The notes beneath the pieces are model-generated. The model did not search any database and was not told the DNA's origin. It saw nothing but the letters and a program-made list of their open reading frames with translations. DNA of 64,000 nt from the NCBI RefSeq assembly GCF_006345805.1, contig NW_021834018.1:5583-69582 (forward strand), in the 5' to 3' direction. The position numbers and the translations under genes were made by a program. This document shows positions 12,301 to 26,451 of the stretch, piece by piece (the first letter of the stretch is position 1; every line of letters starts with the position of its first letter). Source of the DNA: Octopus sinensis (lineage: Eukaryota).

Positions 12301-12901
12301 TATATATATGAATATATCTATGTATATCCACGCGCATATATATGTATTTATACATATGCGTGTGTGTGTATTTGCATGTGTTTGCATACATGTGTTGTGT
12401 GTGTGTGTGTGTTGTGTGTATGTGTGTATGTGTGTGTGTGCATGTGTGTCTACGTACTTATAGAAGTCTATTAAGCTCTCATGTTTGAGATATAACTGTT
12501 GTTTCGATAAAGAAAAAGAGAAGCAAATGCTGTCAGGCTCTTCGGATACTCTGTTAATTACAGCCCTTATTTGATAATTATCTTCACTGTCGGCTGATAC
12601 CCTGACCTCACCATCTACGGGTGGTGTTGATGGTACACATTGGGTAGATTTACATAATCTGAGAAGAATGTTTACATTATGGGGCGTAATGTGGCTCCTA
12701 CAATTCCATTTGGATAACCTTAGCTTGCCAGAAATCTTCTGAGTAATACAAAATATATGAGGTAAGGAGGGCAGAAATGATTGTATATCTCGCACTCTCT
12801 CTCTCTCTCTTTCTCTCCATATATATCTTTCTCATTCCTCACACAGACATACAATCACACACCACATATATATATTTATATATATATTGTGTGTATATAT
12901 A

Positions 12902-12958
<57 letters not shown>

Positions 12959-13130
12959 TTATATATGTGTGTGTGTGTATATATACAAGTGGCGGTGAAC
13001 ATTAACTTCATATCTATAAACATATATTTATTTACACACACATGAACACACACAAACACACATACACACATAAACACACAAATATAAAATACAGTTCTGT
13101 ATCAGTTCTATATATATATATATATATATA

Positions 13131-13166
<36 letters not shown>

Positions 13167-13184
13167 TTAATAATAGTAATAATG

Positions 13185-13257
<73 letters not shown>

Positions 13258-13345
13258 GCTTATAAGCGATCATCGTGTATTAGCTAAAGAAAATAGTATA
13301 ATATTGAGGATTATAATCCCTCGTGAGAAAAAGGTGTGTTTTTGG

Positions 13346-13384
<39 letters not shown>

Positions 13385-13620
13385 AAGAAAAGAATATGAA
13401 TATGGAGGAATCTTTTTAAAATATTTATTATCTTTACCGGTTTTACTTATCAAAAAAGAGCTTCAAATGTAAATTACGGGGCTTCTTTTTAACCCTCTGT
13501 TGTGTCAAATGTTAGTTTGTATAAACGTATTCAAATCAAGTGAGAGCGTCTTCGACAATGATAAGAAAATGTTCGCAGCTTTGTGAATCCTATGTAAACT
13601 ATCAAAAGATAGTTTACATA

Positions 13621-13950
13621 GGCGAAGAAGTGGCTGTGTTGTAGGTAGCTTGCTTACCAACCACATAGTTCCGGCTTCAGTTCCACTGTATGGCACCTTG
13701 TGCAAGTGTCTTCCACTATAGCCTCGGGCCAACCAATGCCTTGTGAGTGGATTCGGTAGACGGAAACTAAAAGAAGCCCGTCGTATATATAAATATATCT
13801 ATGTGTGTGTGTGTATGTGTTTGTGTGTCTGTGTTTGTCCCCCCCCCCAACATCGCTTGACAACCGATGGTGGTGTGTTTACATCCCCGTAACTTAGCGG
13901 TTCTGCAAAAATGAAACTGATAAATAAGTCCTGGGGTCGATTTGCTCGAC
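13621..13950 (+). mobile_element. Family A SINE, 3' truncated
   Basis: GGCGAAGAAGTGGCTGTGTTGTAGG head, typical body. Confidence 0.85.
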
Positions 13951-14077
13951 ATGATGTTGAAATTCCAATGAAGAAGCCTCGGATCTAGGTTAGAAAGCGG
14001 CCCTTTCTCTATTTGCAAAATATATTGAAATAAAACTGAATAGGGACATATGTATATATATATATATATATATATAT

Positions 14078-14231
14078 GTTGGCTGTGTGGTAAGTAGCTT
14101 GCTTACCAATCATGTAGATCTGGGTTCAGTCCCACTGCGTGACATCTTGGACAAATATCTTCTACTATGACCTCGGGCTAACCAAAGCTTTGTGAGTGGA
14201 GTTAATTGACGGAAACTGAAAGAAGCCCGTC

Positions 14232-14268
<37 letters not shown>

Positions 14269-14366
14269 CGTGTGTGAGTGTGTGTGGTGTGTGTGTGTGT
14301 GTTAGTCCCCCCAATATGCTAAGCATCTCGCCCGACGTGCTAACGTTTCTGCCAGCTCTCCGCCTC
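14078..14366 (+). mobile_element. Family A SINE head joined to an inverted family B head fragment
   Basis: A head and microsatellite to ~14315, then GCTAAGCATCTCGCCCGACGTGCTAACGTTTCTGCCAGCTCTCCGCC (B head, minus strand). Confidence 0.7.
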
Positions 14367-14594
14367 ACTAATACCTACACCTCGATTCTTGGATCTTAAC
14401 TTTAACACACACACATACACACACACATACATGCATATACACACATCGTTTAAATTCGCTTAGGTAACGTTAGGGGTATACAAATAAAGCTCCTATTTCA
14501 TTGTGCCAGTTACCGTTTAATGATACTGACTTGCGAGTCATATTTTCAGGGTTGCATCATGGTTATAACCGTTATAATTTGGGGGTAATTATAA

Positions 14595-14905
14595 TAATAC
14601 CAGGATGGAATTTTAAATATTTAATACGTTGCTACGTACGTTTCCACAGATCAGATGATCTTTAACATCAGAGTCGGTATCCTTGGGATTATTATAGTAT
14701 AGTCTGTATTATTCGTGGGCAACAACATTGATCCATTTCATCAGGCGATACTGTACAATACGGATAATACGGACTATAATACAGATAGTACAGACTATAC
14801 TGTACTAATCCCAATGACACCGACTCTGATGTCAAAATCATCTGATCGGTGGAAACGTACGTAGCGATGTATTAGATGTTTATAAATTCCTTCTCGGTAA
14901 TATTA
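14595..14905. mobile_element. MITE-like foldback element with ~100-bp inverted arms
   Basis: 14607-14708 (GGAATTTTAAATATTTAATACGTTGCTACGTACGTTTCCAC.GATCAGATGAT...AGTCTGTA) is an imperfect reverse complement of 14789-14890. Confidence 0.85.
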
Positions 14906-15445
14906 TTATTATTATTATTATTATTGGTATTCCTTGAAGAAATTTGTCCGGATTATGTTTGAAGGTGCTGGGATCAGTTTCCTCTTTGATTTATATGTAT
15001 GCATAATTTTTTATAGAAAGCAAATTCTAGGAATAAAGTCACTCGCCAAAGATCAAGATATATTCCTCGTAGAGAATCAATGTATTGTGATACTAAATAA
15101 GTTTACATTCGAGCTGCCCTTAACATCGCATATCAAAACATAGACACGGAATTAAGTTTAATATTCCCAGAGGTATAAAATATAATTCTGTATACAAGTT
15201 CTGATAATGCAAAGCAACAGAAATCGAAGCTGAAATAGAAAAGTGACTGCATACATTACATACATGTGAATGTATACACACACATATTATGTATATATAT
15301 ATATTATATATATATAATATATATATATTATATATATATATATATAATATATATATATTATATATGTATGTATATGTATATATATTTGTATGTAAGTATA
15401 TATATGTAAATATTGTATCTATATAAATATATTTCTATATGCATG

Positions 15446-15485
<40 letters not shown>

Positions 15486-15844
15486 TATATGTATATATTA
15501 CGTGTATTTATAAAGGCATTTACGTGCGTGGGTTTGTGTAACCATCAATATAAATATAACCTACCTTCCCATGTATATGTGAAGGTTTAGTTGTAAGTCT
15601 CGCGCTAATAATATATCTTGCAGTGTTTTTCCGTTTCTTACAGTTGGATTCTAATTGAATCAATCAGTTCAATGAAAATCTGTGGAGAAATAAAATGAAA
15701 TTAAGCGATTGATTTGAATCCGTTTACTCCGATTATAATATTAATAGTAATAATAATAATGAATATTTTTATTATTATTATTATTATTACTATTATTATA
15801 TTATTATTATTATTATAACGTTCTTTTATACAATTTGATTAAAC

Positions 15845-15880
<36 letters not shown>

Positions 15881-16125
15881 ACACAATATATATATATACT
15901 TATAATATATATATATATACATATATATATATAGACAGATAGATAGATTTAGATATTATATATATATATATATATAGATAGATAGATAGAAAGATAGACA
16001 GAGAGATAGATATACCCATGTATTATAAATAAACATGAGTATATATGTATATGATCGATAAATACATACATACAAAGATATATTTATATGTATGTATATC
16101 TATCTATCTCTTCTCTCTCTCACTC

Positions 16126-16157
<32 letters not shown>

Positions 16158-16183
16158 TCATATATATATATAAATATATATAT

Positions 16184-16261
<78 letters not shown>

Positions 16262-17145
16262 AATATATATTCATATATACATAGATACATTTATGCGTGT
16301 TTGAGCTTGGAAATTATTACATTATATTTGTTTAGGGTTTTCACTGTTAATAATTATTGATCTGACCTCGTAGCAAACATCTATGTGTGTTATGTCTATG
16401 TTTTTACGTTTGATGGGTGGTGAGGATTGTTGCTGGTATTTTGATTGCGCAAAACCTTAAAATACCCAACATCCTCTACCATATTTATATTTATATTTGT
16501 CCCTCGTTACACTGTCATTAACCTCTCTCTCTTTCTATCGCTGAACTAACTCTTGACTTAACAAACACTACAACATATTCTCCCTGTGTTAGGCTAAAGG
16601 TTACCCGAAATTCTTATTTGAAGTGCATCTCCAATTGTCCGTATGTTTATCGTTTATCTAATTCATTTATATATTAGCAATACAACTTTCCCTATTCTCG
16701 TTACTGCTTCTAATTCGAACCACGCCATCATAACCGACTTCATGTTCATAAGGAATTCATACATAAACCACACGCATACACACAGCCAGAAACATACTTA
16801 CAAACACACAAGATTATTCACAGACACATCTATACACAAACACACACACGCATATATTGAGACAGATACATATACAGATTGATAGGCACATATAAGTATA
16901 CACATACATGCTTATATATGTTCTTTTGCATATACGCATTAAATATATATATGTAGATATATGTGCGTGAAAGTTTGTGAATATTTTTGATGTGTATAAA
17001 TAAGTATGAAATTTATTTGTTAATATACATACCTATATACATATATATATATATATATATACATGCCTATATACATATATATATATACATGCCTATATAC
17101 AGATATATATATATATATATATACATGCCTATGTACAGACATATA

Positions 17146-17223
<78 letters not shown>

Positions 17224-17935
17224 AAGTATATATATGTATGTATAAGTATATACATATATATATGTAAGTATAAGTATATATACATACACGCACTCATAGA
17301 TCTGTGTGCATATATTTATGTGTACATATAGAGATACTTACAAATGTATGCAAAAAAGCAAACAAGCCAATATATATAATACAATATGACAATATAATAG
17401 AACAAAGTATTATGGAAGCTATTTATCTTCATTTCTAAAGCCTTTGCATAATATTATTAATAAATATCGGTATAGATTGAAAGCAGGGTATTTTTAAACT
17501 AAAACTTCATTGATTAAACATGTCTTACTCACATTTAATTTAACGTTGCTATTATTAAATGTACACGCTCAATCGAATACAACCTCTAATTCTTAATTCT
17601 ATCAACCTGGGTAATATATAAATTGCAGTTGATGACTTGGGCTTCCATACGACCAGAAGAGAGAGAGAGAGAGAGAGAAAAAAAATCAAAACGAAGTAAC
17701 TTAATTTCATTTCTCGGTTGGTGAATTTTATATTTGAGGTCTAACATGATATCAAGCATGAATAATGTAAAATAGAAATTGGTGGAGATTGATGTTAGCA
17801 CGTAAAATGGAAAGAACTGGTGAAGAGCTCAGTTGAGACTATTTATATTTGTGGATCCCATTCGTTTGTTCTAATCATTTCACTTCACTTAAGTCTATAT
17901 TGCCTTGGGAAAGGCATGAACATCAGAAGGATCAC

Positions 17936-17976
<41 letters not shown>

Positions 17977-17995
17977 TAATTTATATACACTCATG

Positions 17996-18052
<57 letters not shown>

Positions 18053-18248
18053 TGCATATACACTCATGTGTATATATATATATAAGTATACGCACATTCA
18101 TTCATGTATGTTTTTTATACATATATGTTTATAATCCTGTGCATATATTCATACACACTGTACCCCCACATATATGTATGTATCTATACATATTCATGTT
18201 AGCATATGTGCTTCTCACTCACTGAATCTCTCTTTCTTTCTCCTTCGG

Positions 18249-18294
<46 letters not shown>

Positions 18295-18305
18295 CATATA
18301 TATAC

Positions 18306-18352
<47 letters not shown>

Positions 18353-18505
18353 TTATGTATGTGTCTGTGTATACATTTAAACATCTATATATATATATAT
18401 ATATATCTTTCAATCTATATATCTACAAACACACGTACACATACTCGTACATACACACGCACACATATGCACAGATATACATATATACATACACACATGT
18501 ACACC

Positions 18506-18540
<35 letters not shown>

Positions 18541-18777
18541 ACACACACACATGTATATATATCGGTGTGCAATCCTACACAGCTATATCTATACATGTAT
18601 ACAAATATGCGTATCTAACCAAAATCAATTTTGAACTACTCTTATACGGTATCTCCATTTATATATTTTTGTTATATCTTGCTTTCACTACAGAATCGAG
18701 TATAGCCCTCTATGTCTTTGGTACAAACAGATTTTTTTCTGTATTCTATTGAAAATTATTCTATTTACTCGGTTCCA

Positions 18778-19110
18778 TTGAAAACTAATATATATACACT
18801 GCCTAGCAGTGATATTTTCGGTATGTTTTGTACATGAATAAATTTTCCGATTGTGTTAGAATTTTTTTTACTTCTTTCCGTGTTAATCATTGGTATTGCA
18901 GCTATCATTAGAAAGATTATTTCTGCATTCAAACAACACATTTTGGTTATCTATATTTCCATAGTTTGGTATTTCCATAGTGTATCCAGTTCTATTAACG
19001 TTACATTATCCTCTATATTGATTGATTCATCGGCCAGGATAAATTTCCTTTCGTGTTGTTACTTAACAACAATATCTGGGTGATTCGTCTTTAATATAAT
19101 GTTAGACTAC
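18778..19110 (-). mobile_element. Decayed R4/Dong-like retrotransposon, restriction-like endonuclease (PD..D) C-terminus
   Basis: Minus frame HPDIVVK*...ILADESINIEDNVTLIELDTLWKYQTMEI*ITKM...VQNIPKISLLGSVYIL matches the RPDIV...LID.S...D.N...KE.EKL.KY..L..EI..MW...IQK..LLG...IL pattern; contains stops. Confidence 0.75.
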
Positions 19111-20771
19111 ATTGCTATGCTTACTCATCGTATTCGGTTTATGTAGTTTCGCTCAATATTAACATATTTTGCGGCGCACAAGTCGAATTTTGGGGACCAA
19201 AACATACAGTTAAGTAGGTCAGTGGACTTATAGACGAAAAGAATGTGGAGGACTAATAATTTCATGCGTAATGACGCAGGGTGTGGAAAGATAATGGCAA
19301 TGTTCAAATGTTTAGACTACATGTTTATATTAATACTTCAACGACACGTATGCCTTCAAATGTGGTATATCAATGATTTGCCAACATACATACCGGCCTC
19401 CCTGTCGACCTACATACTTACCTACCTACCTACCTACCTACCTACCTACCTACCTACCTACCTACTAGCCTCCCTAACTACCTACCTCTGTATGTCTGTC
19501 CATCTATACCTCAGTTTCCACATCAAATTGTCAGTCAATATGTGTGTCTGTCAGCCATTTAATATATATATATATATTATAATCTGGAAAGCAAGCTTCT
19601 TACCACCACCACGTCTATACTTATATATAATATATATATATATATATATGATATATATATTATTCGCTTATATATATGTGGACAGGATCATAAAAAAATT
19701 CTTTATATATTTCCTATGTGATTTTTTTTTTTACACATATCTAAATAAATTATTTTCTCCTTCTCACCAGGATTTATTGTTGAAGCTCTGACGAAGCTAT
19801 GTGTGTTTTGCAACTTATAGCAGAAACTGTTATAAACGAATGGAGTTCATTATTTAATTTTCTTATTCTTTTATCATTTGTTTAGCTTCTCATATGTGTG
19901 TGCGTGTGTGTATATACAAATATACATATGTGTGTGTGCATGTGTGTATGTGTGAATGTGTGTGTGTTGGTGACATCCTGTGTATGTATATATATTATAT
20001 TATTTATTATTTAATTTCCAAGTAATCTTATCTTCACCTTTTTCATGCCACTCTCTACTCTATATCTTTCTCTAATTCCCTTTCTCTATATATACACACA
20101 CGCACACATATATGTTTGTATGCATGTATGTATGTATGTATGTATGTATGTATGTATGTATGTATGCAGGTATGTATGTGTGAATAACTTTCAGGACTAG
20201 TGCTGTTTCCTTCGTCAAAGAAGAAACCTCAATATATATTTATAAATGTAGGTTCTTTGTTTAGCAAATAATTGTATTTCTACTTGATATATAAATTACT
20301 TGAAGTCGGTATGTTTTTGTTTATATAAATGCTTATGTGTGTGCGCGCGCCTATGTGTATGTGTGTGCCCGTGTGTCTCCGTATGTGAATGAATATATAT
20401 TTCAAACTAGTCGAGACGATCTGCTCCGTGGTATTTTTTGAAGTCACGGTGTGTGTCGTATGGTTACCAGCCGGGATACAGCTGCCTGTTGTTCTAAACA
20501 CCGTGCTGCTTCTCTTAATCAGGATAAAGCCTTACTTTGAAAGAATAACAACATTAGACTTTTAATATGTCTGTCAAACAATTTTTATTGTATATCTTCA
20601 TACATTTGTGATTCCATGAATCATTCAACAGACAAATATTAGCATAAATTTATCTTAGAAAAATGCATATAATAGAAAATTCTGATTAACGTAATAAAGA
20701 TCCAAGGTACAATTTTATATAAATTGTCTCTCCACTGTTAAGAAAATACCAGTAATATATACGGTAATATC

Positions 20772-21004
20772 TATTTCTGTACTACCCACAAGGGGCTAAA
20801 CGCAGAGGGGACAAACAAGGACAGACAAACGGATTAAGTCGATTATATCGACCCCAGTGCGTAACTGGTACTTATTTAATCGACCCCGAAAGGATGAAAG
20901 GCAAAGTCGACCTCGGCGGAATTTGAACTCAGAATGTGAAGACAGACGAAATACCGCTAAGTATTCCGTCCGGCGTGCTAACGATTCTGCCAGCTCGCCG
21001 CCTT
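20772..21004 (-). mobile_element. Family B SINE, full length, 14-bp target-site duplication
   Basis: Head GGCGGCGAGCTGGCAGAATCGTTAGC, core GCCTTTCATCCTTTCGGGGTCGAT, B1 tail; TSD TATACGGTAATATC at 20758-20771 and 21005-21018. Confidence 0.95.
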
Positions 21005-23216
21005 TATACGGTAATATCGTGTGACGCTTCGCTTTTTACATCAACTTCTCTGAATTTATCTTTGTGTATACAGAAAGAGAATTATAAATGGCTCTGTTTA
21101 AATACGACATAAAATGCTAGCTCAGAATGCATTATTACATTACAAAGAAACACTCGAGATACGTTAGATTTGAAGAAAGTTCGAATAAAACAATATAAAA
21201 AAGGTTTGAATAATGTTTACACACGTGCTTACGAAGACTCATGAATACGCATGTAAGCATTATTGTATAGAGACATAGAATTACACAAGAACAGACAGAC
21301 AGACAGACACATACACACATGTATATATATATATATATATATATTTTTGTGTAGTTCGTTGAATGCATATTTGCTTTTCGTTGAAGTGCTTTGTTGAATC
21401 AGCGTTAGAATAAAATAAACCATATGTTTGTGTGCTTGCGTCTTTTGTGTGTATATATGTGTGAGTGTGTGTGTGTGTGTTGCTGCGTGTGAATGTGCAT
21501 TACCCTATAATCATTTTAATTCTTCACATTTGTTTTCTTTTCGGTTCGTCAATTAAATAATCACAGCTCAGCCTGCTGAAAGCTTGAGTTGAAGAAAAAT
21601 TTTCAAAATGGCGTCCGTTGTAATTTGCGCATCAATTTGAAGACACCTGAAAAGTGTTGTTATCGGGTTTGACTTTTTAAGCTGGACTATTTAACTCTGC
21701 TACTTGTCGCATAAGTGTTCACGTTTTTTAAATAGCGATAAAATTTACAAGACTCCTCTTTCGCTATGCTCCCACCACACTCTCGTCTTCTTTTTTTCCT
21801 TTCAAAAATATATATCTGTGTGTGTGTATGTATGTGTATATATATATGTATTTATGTATGTATGTTTATATATGTGTACATGTCTATAAATGTATGTGTA
21901 TGTCTATATGTATGTACGTATATATATTTGTGCTTTTTTGCACTTGAGGTTTTTAACCATTTAGTATGATTCAGTGTCGTGTTATCTTGACAAAAAGTTC
22001 AAGTTGAGGGATCGTTAGAAGTCGTGATTATGTGTGTTTTAAGCAGGAAGGGTGGTGCTGGTTGATGGAAGGGTTTTCGGGGATTACACTTCTTAAACCT
22101 TTTGTCTGAATATCTGAAGTAAAAGGTCTAGCTGACAAAACAAAGCAGAAGAGAACAAAAAAAAAAGAGTTTCGAAAAGAATGCATCTGAGGGCTATGCA
22201 AGCTATCATTGTTTAACACAAAGTAGAAAGACGAAGAATTATAAGATATGGCAGTTAGTTACTGATAAAAACAAAGGGAAAAAAGAAGAAAAACACAGAC
22301 AGACAGAAGGGAAATCCTTAGAATATACGGACTTAAAATGACAACCACTGGAACGGGGCCTATAAAGATGAAGTTGAAACAAGAACAAAACGAAGAGAGG
22401 ATAAAAAAAGAGAGAGAGATAGAAAAACAAAACTAGAAAACAAAGATAAAACGAATAACAAATGAAAGGATTGCAACAATCTAGTCTTTATTCTGTACTC
22501 GAATAATTAGATTTGGATTAAATGCCTTTTAGACTGGTTAAGGGTGTTATCTAATAAGAGCTATAGCGTGATATGTTGCCAAGTTAAAACCCAAAGCAAG
22601 AAATCTCGTTGTCAATTAACAGGTTTTTATTTAGAACTTACGATCTATTGTTTACCTATATTACTGTTTTGTGATCTTTTAAAGGCGTTTTGTTTTTATA
22701 TTTTTAAGGGAGGCGTCACATCCCGAAGTACATATTATACAATCACTGCGTGCGTGAGTATACATGCATATATTTACATACATACGTATGTATATACGTA
22801 TAAATATATTTTAGAAACTTAAGTAGATAGACACACACAGAAATACGTACGCACACATGCATTTACATATGCATATATATGTATACACATATTTATTCGT
22901 ACACACACACACATATATGTATGTATGTATTTATGTGTGTGTGTGTGAGTATGTGTTATCTTTTACTCGTTTCAGCCACTCGTCTGTGGCCATCTTGGGA
23001 TACCGCTTCCAGAAGGTTAATCAAACAAATCGAGCCATGTACTGCTTCTTTTTCTTTGAGCGTGGTACTCATTCTATCGGTCTCTTATTTTCGAGCCACT
23101 AAGTCACGGGGGCAAACCAACACTATCCAACACTACATTTCAAGCGATGGTGAGAAAGAAACACAGACACAAACACCCCCACAATCACCCATGTATACAT
23201 ACATACATACATACAC

Positions 23217-23263
<47 letters not shown>

Positions 23264-23494
23264 ATATTATATATATATATATATATAATATATATATATA
23301 TATACGAAAGAAGGTTTGAAAATGCAATTTAAAAGATTATACTTTACCGGTTTCACTCTTTGTATATGTGTGTATGTATATGTATGGTGCTCCAGCATGG
23401 CCGCAGTGAAAATGACTGAAACAAGTAAAAGAATGTATATGCATTGTCTATATATATATTATATGTATATATTGTGTATATATATATATCAAAA

Positions 23495-23793
23495 GTAGCA
23501 CTCCGTCGGTTACGACGATGACGAACTTTCCAGCTGATACATGAAATTAAAGTGCAAGTGGCTGAGCACTCCACAGACACTTGTACCCTTAACGTACTTC
23601 TCAGGGAAGGTTCAGCGTGACACAGAGTGTGACAAGGCTGTCCCTTTTAATTACAGCTACTACTCATTTTCGGCAGCTGAGTGAACTGGAGCAACGTGAA
23701 ATAAAGTGTCTTGCTCAAGGACACAACGCGTCACTGAACTCACGACCTTACAATCGTGAGCCGAATGCTCTCACCACTTAGCCACGTGCCTTC
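23495..23793 (-). mobile_element. Chimeric SINE: family D head/core with family C tail
   Basis: Minus strand starts GAAGGCACGTGGCTAAGTGG...TTTATTTCACGTTGCTCCAGTTCACTCAGCTG (D) and continues CCTTGTCACACTCTGTGTCACGCTGAA...CGTCGTAACCGACGGAGTGC (C). Confidence 0.8.
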
Positions 23794-23815
23794 GACATAT
23801 ATATATATATGTATG

Positions 23816-23867
<52 letters not shown>

Positions 23868-23892
23868 ATACATGTATGTATGTATGTATGTG

Positions 23893-23948
<56 letters not shown>

Positions 23949-23977
23949 GTATATCTATCTATCAAGCTATCTATCTC

Positions 23978-24038
<61 letters not shown>

Positions 24039-24064
24039 TGTGTGTGTGTGTATATATATACATA

Positions 24065-24245
24065 TGTAGATAGGATGGGTTTTTCAAGTTTCTCTTTACC
24101 AAATCCGCTCACTAGGGTTTGACCGCCAACACGAGGCTATATCAAAAGACTGTTGCCCAAAATGCCACGCAATGCAACCGAACCCGAAACCATGTGGTTA
24201 GGATGTAAAACTTAGTACGACAGAGCCACTCTTGCGCTGCGCCCA
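24065..24245 (-). mobile_element. Family A SINE head, diverged
   Basis: Reverse complement resembles GCGCAAGAGTGGCT...ACCACATGGTTTCGGGTTCG. Confidence 0.65.
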
Positions 24246-24518
24246 TATCATGACGTGAAACTAGATAACGCTTGTGTTCACGGTTCGAATGAGTTTGTAT
24301 CAGAATGAGATAAAGGGAGATTTGAAACACAGATCTGAAGACAAAGCGCAAAGAAGCGTAATTATTAATTGTAAATTGCCTGTCAAATGACAGGTTCTTT
24401 CAGTTGGTTGCTCATAATAAAGACACCCACCTCGAATTAGCTCCGTACTTTGTTAGAAGAGGACTGTACTCCGTTTTCCATTGAATGGTCATCTGTTGCG
24501 TAGAAATAAAAATGTATA

Positions 24519-24716
24519 GGCGTAATTATGGCTACGGTTGATAAGCTCAATTCGCTTCGAATTGAGTCCTACAGCGTAGCACGTTGGGCAAGTTACTTCT
24601 GTAGTACCGGGTCGACCAATGTGTGTTGAGTGAATTTTGGGGGGCAGACGAAAACTGTGAGGTAAGTCGCCGTACCTATATGTATTAGTGCGTGCATGAA
24701 TGTGTTTGCACGTGTG

Positions 24717-24764
<48 letters not shown>

Positions 24765-24964
24765 GGTTTTCAGTTGTGTACTATTACCTTTGACAACCGT
24801 TGTTAACATATTTACGTCTCTGTAACTTGGCCTTTCGGCAGAAGGACTGGCAGAATAAGTAGTTGACCGTCAAAAGAAATTACAGGGGTCGATTTTCCGA
24901 CTAAACACTTCATGCTGGGGCCTCTGCATGGATGCAGTCCAATAACTTAAACCAGCAACAGAAG
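24519..24964 (+). mobile_element. Family A SINE, diverged full length
   Basis: Recognisable head, (TG)n tract, GACAACCG...TTTACGT body and GCATGGATGCAGTC tail. Confidence 0.7.
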
Positions 24965-25597
24965 AAATTTACTGTGGAAGACCAATGAACGAACGAATCT
25001 TCTCTTTCATTGCTTAGAGTGTAACAATAATATCTGAGGGTAACAACAATAACCTTATTAGTTTACAAGGGATTATTTAAAGTTCATGCACTGAAAATCG
25101 AGCTGTATTTTAGCCGAACATAATGAGTTATAATAACAATAGGGAGAGGCCGTTCAACGTTTAACTAAAAAAGATTATGATGATAAAATACCTGTTTGTT
25201 ATCTAATTTTAATACAATAAGGCTGTTATCCTTCAGAAAAACAATTTACAGTAAGATACAATGTCGTCGCTATAGTGTGTTCGTGGCCACTCCTGCTCAG
25301 TCTTAAATCACTGTCAAATACCGCGCAGCAGTCAGTAAATAGACTGATAACGTTACTACATGAACAAAACACCTTCTTATAAAATTATATGCCAGATGAC
25401 TGCGTTATAAGTTACTCCAGAGAAAGAGCCAAAGTCAACGAGGGACAAAATTCTGGGTCACCGAACCTGTTAGAAATAGCAGCTTAAAACGTCCATAAAA
25501 ATTATTTTACGCATCCAAAGATGGTGAAGGTCCTTCAGGTAATTCTAAAAGACGGTGAGTTGTCATTGTTAGATGACTGATCATTGGGTTTGATCGG

Positions 25598-26355
25598 CTA
25601 GGTTTCATCCGGTACTAAGAGACAACTACAACCAGGGTTGATCCGTTACTGAATGACAACTATTACTAGGCTTGATTCGTTACTAAATGACGAATATTAC
25701 CAGGTTTGATCCGTTACTACATGACAACTATTCTCAGGTTTGATCCAGTACTAAATGACGACTTTTCCCAGGTTTGATCTGGTACTACATGACAACTATT
25801 ACCAGAGTCGATCCGGTACTAAATGGCAACTATTCCCAGGTTTGATCTGGTACTAAATAACAACTATTACCAGGCTTGATCCGTTACTAAATGACGAATA
25901 TTACCAGGTTTGATCCGTTACTAAATATCAACTATTCCCAGGTTTGATCCGGTACTAAATGGCAACTATTACCAGAGTTGATCCGGTACTAAATGGCAAC
26001 TATTCCCAGGTTTGATCCGGTACTAAATAACAACTATTACCAGGTTTGAGCCGGTACTAAATAACAACTATTACCAGAGTTGATCCGGTACTAAATAACA
26101 ACTATTACCAGGTTTGAGCCGGTACTAAATAACAACTATTACCAGAGTTGATCCGGTACTAAATGGCAACTATTCCCAGGTTTGATCCGGTACTAAATAA
26201 CAACTATTACCAGGTTTGAGCCGGTACTAAATGAGAGCTATTACCAGGTTTGATCCGTTACTACATGATAACTATTCCCAGGTACTAAATGACAAATATT
26301 ACCAGGTTTCATCCGTTGCTAAATGACATCTTATAACCGGGTTTGATCCATTATT
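25598..26355. repeat. 34-bp minisatellite, about 22 units
   Basis: Consensus TTACCAGGTTTGATCCGGTACTAAATGACAACTA repeated head to tail without spacers. Confidence 0.95.
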
Positions 26356-26451
26356 TAAACGAAGCCCTTGTCACGGTTTGACTGACAACCTCGTTACGCT
26401 TGAGGAAATTACAACTAGTGGATACCTGGGCAAAATGCTTTTAATACTTAC

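Noticed and set aside
25598-26355. Possible CRISPR array or repeat-protein CDS
   Set aside because: No unique spacers, no cas genes, eukaryotic context, and the 34-bp unit is not a multiple of three.
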